From contig JBEKXC010000001.1 of NCBI GenBank assembly GCA_049512435.1, positions 1,149-65,148 of the forward strand: a stretch of 64,000 nucleotides of DNA, given 5' to 3'. Positions 36,770 to 46,611 of the stretch are shown here, one piece after another. The notes below the pieces were generated by a model that saw only the letters and a program-made list of their open reading frames with translations, searched no databases and had not been told where the DNA came from. This DNA is from Terriglobales bacterium (GTDB taxonomy: Bacteria > Acidobacteriota > Terriglobia > Terriglobales > Acidobacteriaceae). Position numbers and translations under genes: made by a program. Numbering within the stretch: position 1 is the stretch's first letter; each line of letters begins with the position of its first letter.

Positions 36770-37165
36770 TCAGCGATTTGCTAAGACCGTCACCTGCCGT
36801 GCCTTGAGCAGTTGCTCATCGGCGGTGACCAGAGTCAGCCCGAACACCCGTGCCGTGGCCACCAGAAATCGGTCGGCGGGGTCGCGATGCGGTAGCTGCA
36901 CGCGGGCCGTTTCTTGCGCAACTTGGTAAGTGATGGGAGCTTCGCGCATAGGAACCGCATCCAGCGCATTAGCCACCCACGCCTGGGGACTCGGATGCAA
37001 TGTCAATCTGTTTTTCTGACAAAGAGTCAGAACCTCCCACAACGAGATGGGAGAAAGCCACAACTCGTTCTTGGGATTCTCCAGTGTGGCAGCCAGGCGA
37101 GCGGAAAGACGCTCTCGATCGAGCGCGCTCCACACCCAAATGTGAGTATCGAGTAGCAGCCTCAT
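36770..37165 (-). CDS. vapC: PIN-domain toxin VapC
   Basis: MRLLLDTHIWVWS..., PISLWEV, DPADRFLVATA, LVTADEQ. The PIN acidic residues are present. The start overlaps the antitoxin stop (ATGA at 37162-37165). Confidence 0.85.
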   Translation of the reverse strand: MRLLLDTHIWVWSALDRERLSARLAATLENPKNELWLSPISLWEVLTLCQKNRLTLHPSPQAWVANALDAVPMREAPITYQVAQETARVQLPHRDPADRFLVATARVFGLTLVTADEQLLKARQVTVLANR

Positions 37166-37404
37166 CCGCGGAGCGCTTCCCAATCGTCTTCTTCGCTGGC
37201 GGGAGAAACGATGTCCCCGTTGATTTGGCCCGTTCCCGCCAAAGAACCGACCCAGTGCTTCGGCTTCCTGGACGCATGCGGCGGAACGACTTCGGCCACC
37301 GGCTCGCCAAAACGCGTCACCAGAACGGTTTTCCCGGTCTTGCGGACACTCTCTAACACAGCCAGGCAGGTAGCTTTGAATTTGGAAATCGCGATTTCTT
37401 CCAT
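37162..37404 (-). CDS. Phd/YefM-type antitoxin
   Basis: MEEIAISKFKATCLAVLESVRKTGKTVLVTRFGEPVAEVVP is a typical Phd/YefM N-terminus. 80 aa from ATG 37404. Confidence 0.8.
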   Translation of the reverse strand: MEEIAISKFKATCLAVLESVRKTGKTVLVTRFGEPVAEVVPPHASRKPKHWVGSLAGTGQINGDIVSPASEEDDWEALRG

Positions 37405-37508
37405 CCCGCCTCCCGCAATCATTATACTATGGTCAACGACCATGGTCAAAATGCTTCCACGCGAAACCTTCAGCGCAAATTATGGCATCCGCGACTTCCC
37501 CTGGCGCG

Positions 37509-38879
37509 TCACTCGCCTTCGTTGTCGTCGATTCCAATCTTGGACAAGCGATAACGCAGCGCATTCCGCGAGAGCCCAAGTAGACGTGCGGCCTGCGACT
37601 TGTTGCCGCCAGCGCGCTTCAGCGCTTCGCGGATCATTTCATCTTCCCACTGGTCAAGCGTCATGCCGTCCGGGAGAAACCGATCGGACGCAGCGCCGCT
37701 GCGATTGCGCGGCGAGTCAAGTTGTATGTCGCCGACTTCCAACTCGCTGCCCGAGGCGAGCGCGCAGGCGCGTTCGATCACGTTCTGCAGTTCCCGCACA
37801 TTGCCCGGCCAATAGTGACCCCCGAGAAGCTGCATGGCGGCGGGCGAGATTCCGATGATTTTTTCCGCTCTCCCGGATTCTTCGGTAAATCGCGCGAGGA
37901 ACAGATTCGCTAATCCAGGGATATCTTCTTTGTGTTCGCGCAGCGGCGGGATATCGATCGGAACCACGTTGAGGCGGTAGTAGAGGTCCTCGCGAAACGT
38001 TCCATCTTCGAGCGCGGCGCGCAGATCGCGGTTGGTAGCGGCGAGAAGGCGAACGTCGACTTTGATGGTGCGTGTGCCGCCGAGCCGCTCGAACTCGCGC
38101 TCCTGCAGCACGCGGAGCAGTTTGACCTGGATGGCGGGCGGCACGTCTCCGATTTCATCGAGAAAGAGCGTTCCTTTGTCGGCAAGTTCGAATTTGCCCG
38201 GCTTGCTCGAGGCGGCGCCGGTGAAGGCTCCTTTTTCGTAGCCGAAGAGTTCGCTCTCCAAAAGGTTTTCGGGGATGGCGGTGCTGTTGATCTTGACAAA
38301 GGGACCGGAAGCGCGGCGCGATTTTTCGTGAATGGCGCGCGCGATGAGGTCTTTGCCGACTCCGCTTTCACCGCCTAAGAGAACGGTAGAGTTAGTCGGT
38401 GCAACCCGTTCAACGGTGGCGAGCACTTCCTGCATTTTGGGACTGATGGCAACAATATTGGGATGACTGTACTTTTGTCCGAGAGCTTCGCGAAGGGAGC
38501 GATTCTCCTCGCGCAGGCGCGAGTTATCGAGCTCCTTGTGCACCACCATCCGCATTTCGGCGAGAGAGAACGGCTTGAGAACATAGTCGCTGGCGCCAGC
38601 TTTCATCGCCTCAACCGCGGTCTCGACCGACCCGAACGCGGTCATGACGACAACGGGCAACGCGGGATTCTGCTGCTTGGCGGTTTGCAGAAATTCGAGC
38701 CCGTTCATGCCGGGAAGTTTGAGATCCGTGAGAACGAGGTGAACGGGTTCGGAGGCAAGCAGCTTCAAACCAGTTTCGGCGTCGCCCGCGGAGAGCGTCT
38801 TGAAGCCGTCGTCTCCGAGGTTCAGCTCCAGCAGGCGCCGCATTTTGACTTCGTCTTCGATGATGAGAATAGTCGGCAT
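37509..38879 (-). CDS. sigma54-dependent response regulator (NtrC family)
   Basis: Receiver domain (ILIIEDE, DLVLTDLKLPGMNG). AAA+ sigma54-interaction domain (GESGVGKD, ESELFGYEKGAFTGA, RLNVVPIDIPPLREHKEDI). C-terminal Fis-type HTH (NKSQAARLLGLSRNALRYRL). Confidence 0.9.
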   Translation of the reverse strand: MPTILIIEDEVKMRRLLELNLGDDGFKTLSAGDAETGLKLLASEPVHLVLTDLKLPGMNGLEFLQTAKQQNPALPVVVMTAFGSVETAVEAMKAGASDYVLKPFSLAEMRMVVHKELDNSRLREENRSLREALGQKYSHPNIVAISPKMQEVLATVERVAPTNSTVLLGGESGVGKDLIARAIHEKSRRASGPFVKINSTAIPENLLESELFGYEKGAFTGAASSKPGKFELADKGTLFLDEIGDVPPAIQVKLLRVLQEREFERLGGTRTIKVDVRLLAATNRDLRAALEDGTFREDLYYRLNVVPIDIPPLREHKEDIPGLANLFLARFTEESGRAEKIIGISPAAMQLLGGHYWPGNVRELQNVIERACALASGSELEVGDIQLDSPRNRSGAASDRFLPDGMTLDQWEDEMIREALKRAGGNKSQAARLLGLSRNALRYRLSKIGIDDNEGE

Positions 38880-38883
38880 TTAG

Positions 38884-40302
38884 TCAGCTCGTGTGAGTAT
38901 GGGGGCGGGCGCCCTCGCCCGTCCAAGCCGCGTGCAGCTCGGCAGTTGACGGCGGCTCAGCCGCTTCATCGAGCGGAAAAAAGAGTGTAAACACGGCACC
39001 ACCCCCCGGCGCGTTCTCGATATGGATCGACCCATGATGACCGTCCACAATCTTCGAAACAATGGAGAGGCCAAGTCCCACACCGGTTTTCTTCGTGGTC
39101 ACAAACGGGTTAAAGATTTCTTCGCGCAGGTCATTGGGGACGCCGGCGCCCGTGTCGGCCAAGCGAAGTTCCACTCCTTTACGATCGTCATGGCCGGCCA
39201 GTTGAACGCTGACCCGCAAGGTGCCGCCGTGATCGTCATCCTGATCCTGCATGGCTTCGTAAGCGTTCTGCACAAGATTGAGGAAGGCTTGCTCGCACAG
39301 GCTTTCGTCGAGCGGAACCAGCGGCAGTCCGCTCGCGTAGTGGCGCTCGACGCGCACGGGCTTGCCTGGCTTGCCCGAAAATCGATCAGCGACAATTTGC
39401 AGCACGCGATCGAGCAGAGCAACCAGGTCCGCAGGATGTGGTTCGGCATGAAGAGGACGAGCGAAATCCAGGAACTCAGTGACCAGTGCGCTCAGCCGAT
39501 TGACCTCCGTCGAAATGTAGCCCGCTAACTCGCGGGCAAGCTCGTCGGAGGCTTGTAATTTCTGGATCAGCATTTCGGCCGAGCCCTTGATGACCCCGAG
39601 GGGATTGCGAATTTCATGAGCCAATCCCGCGGAGAGCTGGCCGAGCGCAGCCAGCCGTTCGGAGCGCCGCGCTTCGGCCTGAGCCTGCTCCAGGCGGCGA
39701 TTGGTCTCGGCAAGGCGTTCGGCGAGATCGCGGTATAACTGGGTTTGGTGCTGGCTCTGCTGCGAGAAGCGATTGACGACCATGGCGGCGAGGAAGAAAA
39801 ACAAAATACGCAGCGCGAGGAGGCCGAAAGCCTCGGGAGTCAATTCGTATTCCTGCATCGCGGGATAGAGATACGAGCAGTAGGCGGCAGATGCAAGAAA
39901 GGTCCACATCAGCGTCAACCAAGTGCCACAGTAGAGTGCAGCGGTGACGACCGGCAGATAATAAATCGGATAGTAACTGCTGTTGATTCCGACTTCGCCA
40001 GTGTGATCGATGAGCAGAGTTGCCAGCAGAATCTTAAGCAGGAGGACGTAGGACACTCCTCGTTTGGGAAAATAGGAGATCAACCTTGTCTCCAGCAGTT
40101 GCACAATTCCGATGGCGAGGAGAATTAACTGTTTGTGCCATTCGAAGAGCGGAGGGAGCACCGCGAGTATGGCGAGAAAGATGAGCCAGATCGTGAGCCA
40201 GACCGCATCGAGGCGGTTAAACCGCCGGGAGTCGGGATCGAGAATGGGGAAAGTAGTTGGCACGCAACTTCCATCCAACCGCAGAAAGCACCCCGGCGTC
40301 AA
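38884..40302 (-). CDS. membrane sensor histidine kinase
   Basis: About 6 N-terminal TM helices. H-box GLAHEIRNPL. N/G boxes of HATPase_c (LNLVQNAYEAM, ADTGAGVP, GVGLGLS). The stop is 4 nt before the regulator's start. The start is a non-ATG codon and uncertain. The last ~25 codons derive from a REP-like element. Confidence 0.85.
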   Translation of the reverse strand: MTPGCFLRLDGSCVPTTFPILDPDSRRFNRLDAVWLTIWLIFLAILAVLPPLFEWHKQLILLAIGIVQLLETRLISYFPKRGVSYVLLLKILLATLLIDHTGEVGINSSYYPIYYLPVVTAALYCGTWLTLMWTFLASAAYCSYLYPAMQEYELTPEAFGLLALRILFFFLAAMVVNRFSQQSQHQTQLYRDLAERLAETNRRLEQAQAEARRSERLAALGQLSAGLAHEIRNPLGVIKGSAEMLIQKLQASDELARELAGYISTEVNRLSALVTEFLDFARPLHAEPHPADLVALLDRVLQIVADRFSGKPGKPVRVERHYASGLPLVPLDESLCEQAFLNLVQNAYEAMQDQDDDHGGTLRVSVQLAGHDDRKGVELRLADTGAGVPNDLREEIFNPFVTTKKTGVGLGLSIVSKIVDGHHGSIHIENAPGGGAVFTLFFPLDEAAEPPSTAELHAAWTGEGARPHTHTS

Positions 40303-40511
40303 TCGGAGGGGCCGCTTCTCCAGTGGAGCGCCGGGCGCCTCCGCCCGGCTGGACTCATCACGCGGTCACGTTGATGGCTGCAGCACATAAGCATTTCCAA
40401 TCATCAACATAAATAGTTTCGATTTCCGCAAAGGGCGGTTGAGCGGCTATTGTTATGATGCGCTAGCGTGATTGAATCAGGGCGGACGATGGTGTCCGGG
40501 AACGGACGACA

Positions 40512-40850
40512 ATGACAAAGGTCGAAGCGATTATTCAGGTCTCAAAGCTAGATGCGGTGAAAGACGCGTTGCACGAGGTCGGTGTTGAGGGCATGACCGT
40601 TTTTGAGGCCAGAGGACATGGCCGGCAAAAAGGACACACTGAGTTTTACCGGGGACGCGAGTACACGGTCGACCTGATCCCAAAGGTGAAACTCGAAATC
40701 GTGCTGGCGGATGAGATGGTCGAGAAAGTCGTACAAGCGATCACCACCGCAGCCCGTACGGGCAAGATCGGCGACGGCAAGATTTTTCTTTCACGCATTG
40801 ACGAGGCGATTCGGATTCGCAACGACGAACGTGGCGATAATGTTCTGTAA
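40512..40850 (+). CDS. glnB: nitrogen regulatory protein P-II
   Basis: 112 aa. MTKVEAIIQVSKLDAVKDALHEVGVEGMTVFEARGHGRQKGHTEFYRGREY (T-loop with Tyr51), then TGKIGDGKIF. Confidence 0.93.
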   Translation: MTKVEAIIQVSKLDAVKDALHEVGVEGMTVFEARGHGRQKGHTEFYRGREYTVDLIPKVKLEIVLADEMVEKVVQAITTAARTGKIGDGKIFLSRIDEAIRIRNDERGDNVL

Positions 40851-40987
40851 ACGCGCGCGAATTTCAAAACGCACGAAATTCCAAGCGTTGGAGATCGACA
40901 TCGACATCCCCTCATCTGCTGGCTTTATGAGCAGAACGGAATCAAGGCTGGAGCAGGGCTAAACACTTCGAGGAGGGTGTCAACGAA

Positions 40988-43606
40988 ATGACCGCCGTCG
41001 CCACCGTACGCTGTGAGTTGCGGGATTTGTACGCGCGCGAATCCGCTGCCATCGAGCGGGAATTCTCCGTGACCGGCGAAGGGCGGACGGCGCTCGCACG
41101 GCGCTCGGCGCTGGTCGATTCGATGGTTCAGCGGCTGTGGAACGAGATCATCCTCGATACCGCAACTGCCGATCCTGACCTTCCAAAGAATTTTGTGCTC
41201 GTGGCAACCGGGGGATTCGGGCGAGGCTGGCTTTTCCCCCACTCCGATATTGATTTGCTGTTTCTGCACGCTGGCGGTAATTCCGAAAGTGAATTCAAAG
41301 ATCCCATACGGCGCTTTTCGCAGGAGTTGTGGGACCTGCGGCTGAAGCTGAGTCCAGCAACGCGAAATTTGGCGGAATGCGAACGGCTGGATCCGAACAA
41401 TGTTGAGTTTGCCATTTCGTTGCTTGACTGCCGATACCTGGCGGGTGATCGCGATCTTTTTTCTCGGCTGCGCGAAAAGGTTATTCCGCGTCTCGTGGGG
41501 CGGGATTGCCAAAACCTGATCCAGAATCTGGGCGAGCTTACGCGCGCACGTCATCATAAGTTTGGCAATACCGTTTTTCATCTGGAACCGAACGTAAAGG
41601 ATGGGCCAGGTGGGTTGCGCGATTACAACGTGGCCAACTGGCTAGCGCTGATTTCAGCGATGGAGAAGCTGAAGGTGTGGCCGGACGCGAAAACTCTGCT
41701 GCCGGTTTCTTCGCGGCGAGCGTTCGACGCGGCGCTTGATTTCCAAGTATCGGTGCGTTGCTTTCTGCACTTCCGGCACGGGCGTCACGACAACACACTC
41801 ACGTGGGAAGCGCAGGACGAAGCGGCGACTCGAAAGATCGGCGCGAGCGTTGGAGTAAACGACGCGGAAATCACGAACGCAGCGGACTGGATGCGCATTT
41901 ACTTTGGACACGTCCGCAGCGTGCACCGGGTCTGCAACCAATTGCTGGAGGAAATTCCGGCGGCTTGGTCATCGTTGTACCGGCAATTCCAGGGCTGGAG
42001 GGCGCGGGTTGCGAGTGATGACTTCTCGGTGGTCGATGGACTGATATTTCTCCAACAGCCGGGCGGGCTACGCGATCCGGAAATGCTGTTGCGGCTTTTT
42101 CATTTTATGGCGGAACATGGCCTGAAGCTGAGCACGACGACAGAATATAAAGTGGAGCAGGCTCTGCCCGCGCTGGCGGCCACGCCTCCGCGGGGCGCAG
42201 AGTTGTGGCTCTACCTGCAGGAAACGCTGGTGCAACCGCACGCGGCCGACGCTCTGCGCGCCATGAACGCGCTTCGCCTGCTGGCGCTCTTGCTGCCCGA
42301 ACTAAAGGGGATTGAGGCTCTGGTGGTGCGGGATTTTTACCATCGCTACACAGTTGATGAACACTCGTTTTTGGCAATCGAAAATCTGCATCGCCTGAAG
42401 GAATCGAAATCGGAATGGGACCAGCGCTTTGCCGAGTTGCTCGGTGAACTCGAACAGCCGGAACTGCTTTACCTGGCGCTGCTGATGCATGATTCCGGCA
42501 AAGCTGTTCCAAGTGACAATCACGTCGAGCTCAGCCTGCAACTTGCCGAAAGCTGCGGCGAGCGACTGGATCTCGATCCACCAGATCGCGAGGCGATACG
42601 ATTTCTGGTGGCGAGCCATCTGGAAATGTCGGCGGCGATGCGGCGCGATGTATTCGATCCAGCCAATGTGAAGTCGTTCGCGGAAAAGGTGGGAGCGCCG
42701 GAGCGGCTGAAGATGCTGTGCCTGATGACATATGCCGACGTCAAGGCCGTGAACCCGGAGGCTATGACCCCGTGGAAAGCGGACAACTTATGGCAACTGT
42801 ACATTGCATGCGCGAATTACTTGAGCCGGAGCGCCGATGAGCGCGTGCACACACGCGACGACGGCTCCAGTCTGGCGCATCTACGGTCGCTGGCGCCGGT
42901 GGCGGGCAAGAAGATCAACGTTTTTCTGGAAGGATTGCCACAAAGGTATCTGCGAATCCACGGCGCAACCGAAGTATTGGCACATGCCGAAATGGCCACC
43001 CGGCTGGCGCAGGGTGGCGTCCAACTAAATTTAAAGCAAGTCCGTCACTGGTATGAGCTGACGTTGATTACCAGCGATCGGCCATTCCTATTTGCTTCAG
43101 TTTCTGGCGCACTGGCCGCGTGGGGAATGAACATCGTGAAGGCGAACGCGTTCTCAAACGGCGCGGGCATCGTTGTAGACACCTTCTATTTCGCGGATCG
43201 CTTTCGAACCCTGGAGATGAACCTGCAGGAATGGGAGCATTTAAAAAAGAGCATTGCGGCCGTGGTCAAAGGAGAAGCCGACGTGGCGCGCATGTTGCGC
43301 GACCGCTTGAAATCAGAAAAAGCGGACAGCACGAAGGTCAAGATCTCGACGCAGATTGAATTCGACGATAGCTGCTCGGCGCACAGTACGCTGGTGCAGG
43401 TTCTGACCCAGGATCGTCCGGGACTGCTCTACCGTATGTGCTCGCTGGTCTCGAAGCACGAGTGCAACATCGAAATTGCGCTGATCGAGACCGAAGGGCA
43501 AATGGCGATTGATGTCTTCTATCTGACCTCAGGTGGAGCTAAGTTGAGCCCCGATCGGCAGGCCGCACTCGGGCAGGCATTGCGCGACGAACTCGCGGCA
43601 AAATAA
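40988..43606 (+). CDS. glnD: [protein-PII] uridylyltransferase/uridylyl-removing enzyme
   Basis: 872 aa. Nucleotidyltransferase motif (VATGGFGRGWLFPHSDIDLLF), HD domain (HRYTVDEHS ... LLMHDSGK), and two C-terminal ACT-like domains. Located directly after glnB. Confidence 0.9.
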   Translation: MTAVATVRCELRDLYARESAAIEREFSVTGEGRTALARRSALVDSMVQRLWNEIILDTATADPDLPKNFVLVATGGFGRGWLFPHSDIDLLFLHAGGNSESEFKDPIRRFSQELWDLRLKLSPATRNLAECERLDPNNVEFAISLLDCRYLAGDRDLFSRLREKVIPRLVGRDCQNLIQNLGELTRARHHKFGNTVFHLEPNVKDGPGGLRDYNVANWLALISAMEKLKVWPDAKTLLPVSSRRAFDAALDFQVSVRCFLHFRHGRHDNTLTWEAQDEAATRKIGASVGVNDAEITNAADWMRIYFGHVRSVHRVCNQLLEEIPAAWSSLYRQFQGWRARVASDDFSVVDGLIFLQQPGGLRDPEMLLRLFHFMAEHGLKLSTTTEYKVEQALPALAATPPRGAELWLYLQETLVQPHAADALRAMNALRLLALLLPELKGIEALVVRDFYHRYTVDEHSFLAIENLHRLKESKSEWDQRFAELLGELEQPELLYLALLMHDSGKAVPSDNHVELSLQLAESCGERLDLDPPDREAIRFLVASHLEMSAAMRRDVFDPANVKSFAEKVGAPERLKMLCLMTYADVKAVNPEAMTPWKADNLWQLYIACANYLSRSADERVHTRDDGSSLAHLRSLAPVAGKKINVFLEGLPQRYLRIHGATEVLAHAEMATRLAQGGVQLNLKQVRHWYELTLITSDRPFLFASVSGALAAWGMNIVKANAFSNGAGIVVDTFYFADRFRTLEMNLQEWEHLKKSIAAVVKGEADVARMLRDRLKSEKADSTKVKISTQIEFDDSCSAHSTLVQVLTQDRPGLLYRMCSLVSKHECNIEIALIETEGQMAIDVFYLTSGGAKLSPDRQAALGQALRDELAAK

Positions 43607-43624
43607 TGTCCGCATTTCTGCAAT

Positions 43625-44797
43625 CTAGCGATCTGCGTAGTATCCGTCTCTCGTCTGCACCGTAAGATCTTTTTTCTTCACCGCCAACTGGACGTGATGA
43701 TAACCGGAGCTGGCGCTGTCCTTGTCGGGTGTATAACCCATGCTGTACTGAGTTCGCAATTCCTCGACGATGCTGTCGTAGATCTCGCCGACCGTTTGTT
43801 TTTTAGAGACTTCAAAGAAACGTCCACCGGTTTCTTTGGAAATCTGCTCCAGAATTTTCTTGCCGTCGGCGTGCGGGCTCTCAGCAGGACGTTGGCCTCC
43901 GCGACCGCGCCCACCGCCGCCGCCCGGCCACCCACCTCCACCACCGGGCCAGCCACCTCCACCACCGCCCCCGGGATAACCGCCGCCGCCCCTTCCCATT
44001 CCACCGCCCTGCTGGTCACGATCGTTGCGGTGAGAATCCGCAAAATAGATGGAATAGATTATCGTGTCGGCGCGTTGAGCGGACTCGATTGCGCCATCCA
44101 GATAGGTCTTGCTCCCGCGGTCTACGCCGTCGGTGAGTACGATGAGCGCCTTCCGGCCCTGCTGCTTTTTCATTAATTCGTTCGACGCCAGAAACACGGC
44201 ATCATAGAGCTGCGTGCCGCCGCTGTGGTGAGAGTCTGAGCGGGACGGCGAATTAGAGGGATCGTTGGGATCGTTCGAGCGCTCGCGGTCCGATGACGTC
44301 TTCAGCAATTCGAGCGCCGATTGCAGCTTTTCGCGGGATGGAGTCAAGTCCTGCAGCAGTTCCACTTCCCGGTCGAAGTGAATGAGGAAGGCTTTATCGT
44401 TGGGCTGCACCAGCATCTGATCGAGAAAACTGCGGCTGGCATTGCGTTCCGCGTCGAGCACGTTGTCTTGACTGCGGCTGGTGTCGACCAGCAGACCGAG
44501 GGTGAGCGGGAGATTCGTTTCCTGAGAAAAATAGCGGATGCTCTGCGGGCGCCCGTCCTCCTGTAGCGTGAAATCGTCTTTCGTAAGGTCGCGGATAATT
44601 TTGCCATGTTTGTCCCGAACCGTAACCGGCAGCGTGACAACTCTTACGTCGACGGCGACGGTGGCAGCGGCATCCTGCGTCTGCGCCTGTATCGCTGAGC
44701 CGACACCGGGAAGAGCCAGGGCCATGTTTAGAGTGAAGATCATTAGAGCGAAGATCAGTAGATTTGGCCGAGGTTTATACGGCTGGGATCCATTCAC
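43625..44797 (-). CDS. secreted VWA-domain protein (acidobacterial VWFA-related type)
   Basis: Signal peptide. LVDTSRSQ (MIDAS DxSxS) and ALIVLTDGVD. A Gly-rich insert GGGMGRGGGGYPGGGGGGGWPGGGGGWPGGGGGRGRGG. The C-terminal GYYADR ending is as in the family I recall as TIGR03436. Confidence 0.8.
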   Translation of the reverse strand: MNGSQPYKPRPNLLIFALMIFTLNMALALPGVGSAIQAQTQDAAATVAVDVRVVTLPVTVRDKHGKIIRDLTKDDFTLQEDGRPQSIRYFSQETNLPLTLGLLVDTSRSQDNVLDAERNASRSFLDQMLVQPNDKAFLIHFDREVELLQDLTPSREKLQSALELLKTSSDRERSNDPNDPSNSPSRSDSHHSGGTQLYDAVFLASNELMKKQQGRKALIVLTDGVDRGSKTYLDGAIESAQRADTIIYSIYFADSHRNDRDQQGGGMGRGGGGYPGGGGGGGWPGGGGGWPGGGGGRGRGGQRPAESPHADGKKILEQISKETGGRFFEVSKKQTVGEIYDSIVEELRTQYSMGYTPDKDSASSGYHHVQLAVKKKDLTVQTRDGYYADR

Positions 44798-45272
44798 CGT
44801 GCATCCTCCGTTTACGGTGCTCCGTTGTAATTATTTTAGACGAATCCTAAGCGCGCCGAATCTGCACAAGAAAATAGAATACACGGCCACGATCGCGCCT
44901 GCCCAAGTGGGGAAGGCCATGGTCAAGCGGTACAAGAGACCGGCCGCGACCGGCTCAGCCTGCACTTCGGGACTGGATTTGTCGTTGTTACTGTCAGCGT
45001 TACTGTGAGCGGACATCGGCATCCACGCAAGCATCGTTATCTTGGTGACCGGACTGCGGGATAGTTAGCCCTCACGCGGAAACAAATCGATCCGCGCTTC
45101 AGACATCAAACGAGTCGAATACCTATGACTGGATGCGCGGCGATGGAGTTGCAGTTGCCAGCATCCTGTAAAAGGACGGTCAATGGCGGGTAAAACTTCG
45201 TAAAGGCTGCGTGTGGCTCGTTTGGCGATGCTAGAGTTATATGTGGTTGGGCGATGTGAGGCTGGTGAGATT

Positions 45273-46556
45273 ATGGGAGGTTTCTCGCAAAAACGGATTG
45301 GTGGTCCTAGCACCCGCCTGCTCACGGCATTGGTCATTCTGATGCTGGCGGGGCCGGGCTACGTTTGTGCGCAGGACAAACCAGCTGGCACTTCGGGTAG
45401 CGCACAGGTCGCCAAGGCGGTGGGGGTCATCAAGAGCATTCAAGCGGATTCGATCACAATCGCGGCTGAATCCGGCGGCGAAGTCATGGCAAAGCTGACG
45501 GGCTCGACGAAGATTCTGCGGGTGCCACCGGGAGAAAAGGATCTGAAGAACGCGATTGCTTTGCAGCCGCAAGACTTGCAGCCTGGAGATCGCGTTCTGG
45601 TTCGCGGGCAGGCAGCGCCGAATGGGGACGGGCACACGATCGTCATCGCTGCGCTGGCAGTGATTGTGATGAAGCAGGCCGATGTGGCGGCCAAGCAGCA
45701 GCATGACCGCGACGACTGGCAGAAACGCGGCGTGGGCGGGCTCGTCACTAACGTGGACGCTGCGACCGGCACCATCACGATTTCATCCGGCGGAATCGGC
45801 GCGAAGAATATCGCCGTCCATATAGCCAAGGATACGATCGTGCGCCGCTATGCGCCCGACTCGGTGAACTTCGACGATGCGAAACCAGCCCCTGTCGATC
45901 AAATCAAGGCGGGCGATCAGTTGCGCGCGCGCGGAACTCGCACGCCGGATGGCAGCGAATTGACTGCCGAGGAAGTGGTTACCGGATCCTTCCGGAATAT
46001 TGCGGGAACTATCAAGGCGATTGACGCATCCAGTAACACGCTGACCGTGCAGGATGCGATCAGCAAGAGCGCGGTCGTGGTGAAGGTGTCACCGGACTCG
46101 CAAATGAAGAAGCTCCCGGCAGAAATGGCGCAACGCATCGCGATGCAATTGAAGGGCTCGGCTGGCGGGGTGAGTGGAGGTCAAAGCAGCGCCAACGGCC
46201 AAGGCGTGGGTGGGGGAACCATGCCGGGAACTGGAGGAACTCGGTCAGGGACGGAATCTCAAGCCCGGCACGGTTCTGCCGGCGGACCTTCTGCCGGTGG
46301 ACCCGGTGGAAACGGTCAGCCAGATTTGCAGCGCACTTTGAGCCGCTTGCCCAACAGCAAGCTGGCGGATCTGCAGAAGGGCGATGCCGTAATGATCGTC
46401 TCGACCGAGGGTGGGGATTCGGACTCTGTGACGGCGATTACTCTGCTGGCAGGAGTGGAGCCAATCCTGACCGCAGCCCCAAATCGAAGCGCATCCTCGC
46501 TGCTTTCGCCGTGGTCGCTGGGCGCACCCGGTGGAGAAGGCGAAGCCGCGCAATAG
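45273..46556 (+). CDS. secreted hypothetical protein with repeated beta-domains and a Gly-rich tail
   Basis: Start at MGGFSQKR. Signal peptide LTALVILMLAGPGYVCAQ. Three similar ~80-aa units of the pattern G.IK.I...S.T...(T/S)..(V/I).V......(I/L)......L.PGD.(V/L).(V/A)RG (possibly DUF5666-like). Confidence 0.65.
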   Translation: MGGFSQKRIGGPSTRLLTALVILMLAGPGYVCAQDKPAGTSGSAQVAKAVGVIKSIQADSITIAAESGGEVMAKLTGSTKILRVPPGEKDLKNAIALQPQDLQPGDRVLVRGQAAPNGDGHTIVIAALAVIVMKQADVAAKQQHDRDDWQKRGVGGLVTNVDAATGTITISSGGIGAKNIAVHIAKDTIVRRYAPDSVNFDDAKPAPVDQIKAGDQLRARGTRTPDGSELTAEEVVTGSFRNIAGTIKAIDASSNTLTVQDAISKSAVVVKVSPDSQMKKLPAEMAQRIAMQLKGSAGGVSGGQSSANGQGVGGGTMPGTGGTRSGTESQARHGSAGGPSAGGPGGNGQPDLQRTLSRLPNSKLADLQKGDAVMIVSTEGGDSDSVTAITLLAGVEPILTAAPNRSASSLLSPWSLGAPGGEGEAAQ

Positions 46557-46611
46557 AAAGCAAAATCTCGATCCATGTTCTGAATCATATGATCTACCTG
46601 GAAAGAATTGG

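Noticed and set aside
40355-40511. Search for a sigma54 promoter (TGGCAC-N5-TTGC) upstream of glnB. The same search was run upstream of amt at 54615-54992.
   Set aside because: No GG-N10-GC match with acceptable flanks on the correct strand. The nearest candidates have the wrong spacing.
44831-45034. 67-aa minus-strand ORF with a hydrophobic C-terminus in the VWA upstream region
   Set aside because: No SD, no recognisable family, and it lies in a promoter region. The evidence is insufficient.
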